Assembly: GCA_012295275.1 (NCBI GenBank)
Contig: CM022665.1
Span: 22,010,001-22,074,000 of the forward strand
Direction: 5' to 3'
Source of the DNA: Chrysomallon squamiferum
Lineage: Eukaryota > Animalia > Mollusca
DNA length: 64,000 nucleotides
Positions 61,252-64,000 of this stretch are shown here, piece by piece. The translations under genes and the position numbers were made by a program. The notes beneath the pieces were generated by a model, which saw nothing but the letters and a program-made list of their open reading frames with translations, was not told the DNA's origin and did no database searches. Within the stretch, counting starts at the first letter, position 1, and every line of letters starts with the position of its first letter.

Positions 61252-63696
61252 AAAAAAAAAAAAAATGAATATTCGTAAATCCGAAGGCTGAAGCACTAGT
61301 GTATGTTTCTATGATGTTTAGCTACATGTCCTCTGTTCGTATGAAAATACAAATACGCATCTGTATTTGCATCTGTATACATCGTTACTTCAACGAATGT
61401 GTCATCGTGTCAGTTATATATTTATATTCATAAAGTGCACTTGAGTAAACTTTGCAGCCCTTTCATTAAATGAATCGTAGTTTGTTTGAATTTATATATT
61501 CTCAACATCATTACACAACAACATCAACAACAACAGCAAAAAAAAAAAAATAATAAAAACAATAATAATGACGTTAGTTTCAATTCCAGACAATATAATG
61601 CTAACCACAAACGCACGCACGCATACAAACATCCACACGCACACAAAAAAACATTACAAGAAACCTCCCAACGTATTTTCGTTTTATTTTCGTTTCTGGG
61701 GCTAAGTTTGCTAGTTATTTTTTGCGACAGAAAAAAAAAAAAAAAAAAAAAAAAGAAGATAAAGAGCTTCTCGATTGATGCAATAGTTTACAGTGTACAA
61801 GTCAATGCATCTTTTCTTTCATGTTTAATTCAATGTTTATTTTCTAGAATCACGGAAGCACGGAATGCGGAAATTTACCTTTTGGTTTGTTTACCTACTA
61901 CATATATATTGATTACGGTTCTGTTTTTTTCCTCTGTCTTTTTTTGAGTACCTATAATTTTGTACATTCAAGCTATCATATATTTATTTACCTTTAATAA
62001 ACACTCGCTTTTATTTGTTATCAGATTGAGAAAAAAAAAAAAAAAAAAAACCAAAACCAACAACAACATTAGAAAAAATAAAAAATAAAAAACAACAACA
62101 AAGAAAGAAAGAAAGAAAGAAAATAAAAATAAACCTTGAATAGTTAGATTAGTGAGTGGGGCGAGTAGACAGAGCTATTGTACAGCAATGGAAAATCCAG
62201 TCCGCAGATACTAGCGCACAGACGTAGGTAACAGGGCGTAAACACACTCACACCCACTCACACCCATACGTTTATTTTCTTTAGCTGTTAGTAAAGCAGT
62301 AATATTTACATTCTATAAAGTATTCGAACCGTTAGTACAGAACCCAATACACACACACACACACACACGCACATATACATGTTTATACATTTATTAGAAT
62401 TCCTATTAGATTGAGGAGACACTCATATTTAAAAAATAGTATCGCAACTTTTAAAACTATTTGTTACAGTAAATGATCAAAACATGTTGTCGATACAGAT
62501 CGATCTTGACTGTCAGCACGATTCAAGAGATGGGACAAATTTTGGTATTTGCTAACAATGTTCTATCTTTGAATAACGTTGTACTTTCTATTTTCACTTT
62601 TATGTTAGCAGTGATTACGATTATGGATATCTATGGCTTACGAAATCATTTAACGTGTTCAAGGCCGTGTATATTCGGCTGAAATTAACGTAACAGAGAG
62701 TCCATGAAAAGGTGATTGATCATGAATAAAAACTACAAAACGATAGAACGGCTATTTTAGGAGAAAAAAAAAAAAAAAAAAAAAGAAGAGACTAAGTAAG
62801 AAAGGAGCGGTTAACTGCACCCAGGAGTATCGTATCTTTCGGTTATCAAACAGGAAACATCTTCTTTCATTTCGTTTTGTAGAAGATCCGCGCGTGTAAA
62901 CTCGCTCATAGTATCCGTAATGTTTAAACGGTTTTTAGATTCGATCCATCATTCATTGATCTGTTGAAAGCTTCAAATGACCGGCATGAAATAATTCTTA
63001 TAACATGCCGCCCACGATATCACAGCAAACACACAAACAAAAAGGCCATTATGCTATTAAAAGGGTAATTGTAGAAGCCGAAGTGCGTATGATGCTAACC
63101 ACAGTGGCACCCATTGTTTGATTTTGTTGTGTCGGTGTGCGCATGCATATTGGAAACTTTAATCAGCGGTGTGAGACCACGTGACATTCCAAACCGCATT
63201 GACTGGAGTGCGCTTTTGACGCCGTCATATGTAAATGTGACAGAAATGAATCCATCATTTTATAAGAAGAAAATTCGAAGGCACTATATTTGACAATTTT
63301 TGATAAATTTAGACTCGTTTTTCTTCTGCTTCATTAGTGAGCTTACAAAACACTAGAATGGAAACAGGGGTCGTTTCATTAAACAGTTCTGAGTTTATTT
63401 TTGGTATTAAGTTATATTTCAAAGCGTGTTTCGTCAGGTCCCACCGATATCCGCCCACATACAGCTGAAAGTTTGTCTCCTAAAAAAACGTGTAAGAATT
63501 AACCACCTCTATTTATAAATTGAGCTGATAAGAAAATACTATTAGATTAACTGAGATAATTTGCCAAAGTAATTTTAAAGAGAGAAAAAAAGAAAGAAAA
63601 AAAACAACAACAAAAAACAAAACAACGACGACGACAAAAAAACAACCAGTCTTCCAGACATCATTATCGCGTTGTTCAAGGTGACTTTCAGAAATA

Positions 63697-63769
<73 letters not shown>

Positions 63770-63776
63770 AGAGAGC

Positions 63777-63839
<63 letters not shown>

Positions 63840-64000
63840 GTTTGCAATCATTATATCACGAATATATTATTTTCGTAAGTGATAATCTTCATTTCTTTCA
63901 TGCTTCTTTTATTAATATCAGTTTTTGCATAATGTTAAATAAAACTTTCGACTGAAATATGCAACATGAAGCCTGATATTTAGAGAATAAAGATAAAAAA

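Noticed and set aside
62473-62682. 69-aa hydrophobic ORF in a CpG-rich region
   Set aside because: No recognisable motif or linked exons. The region may be a promoter or UTR, but this cannot be supported from sequence alone.

Overview
AT-rich, intron-containing animal genomic DNA. It looks lophotrochozoan, probably molluscan, but that is inferred from protein similarity and composition only. I rebuilt spliced gene models by hand, because most entries in the ORF track are microsatellite or intron noise. From left to right: (1) the 3' half of an intersectin long-form gene (DH-PH-C2, + strand, 489-7985), which has a duplicated, probably mutually exclusive exon pair that swaps a Ca2+-ligand Asp of the C2 domain for Lys; (2) a complete 21-exon p90 RSK gene (+, 12879-27517, 731 aa) with a CpG-rich YY1/ETS/CRE promoter, two GC-AG introns, several in-frame linker acceptors and two intact MITEs; (3) a decayed, intron-containing arylsulfatase B/I/J-like pseudogene (-, about 34880-37365) at an apparent CpG-poor to CpG-rich boundary; (4) a predicted 211-aa secreted single-Ig protein (-, 40131-43065) with four 10-aa cationic Trp repeats before a furin site; (5) a Jelly belly/HEN-1/prohormone-4-type single-LDLa gene (-, 53680-58474 and beyond, 5' end unresolved) with three tandemly duplicated exons encoding a WRQRHxPxKL peptide. 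A MULE-like element, a degenerate hAT MITE and many mini/microsatellites fill the right half. No database searches were run; family calls come from recognised motifs.
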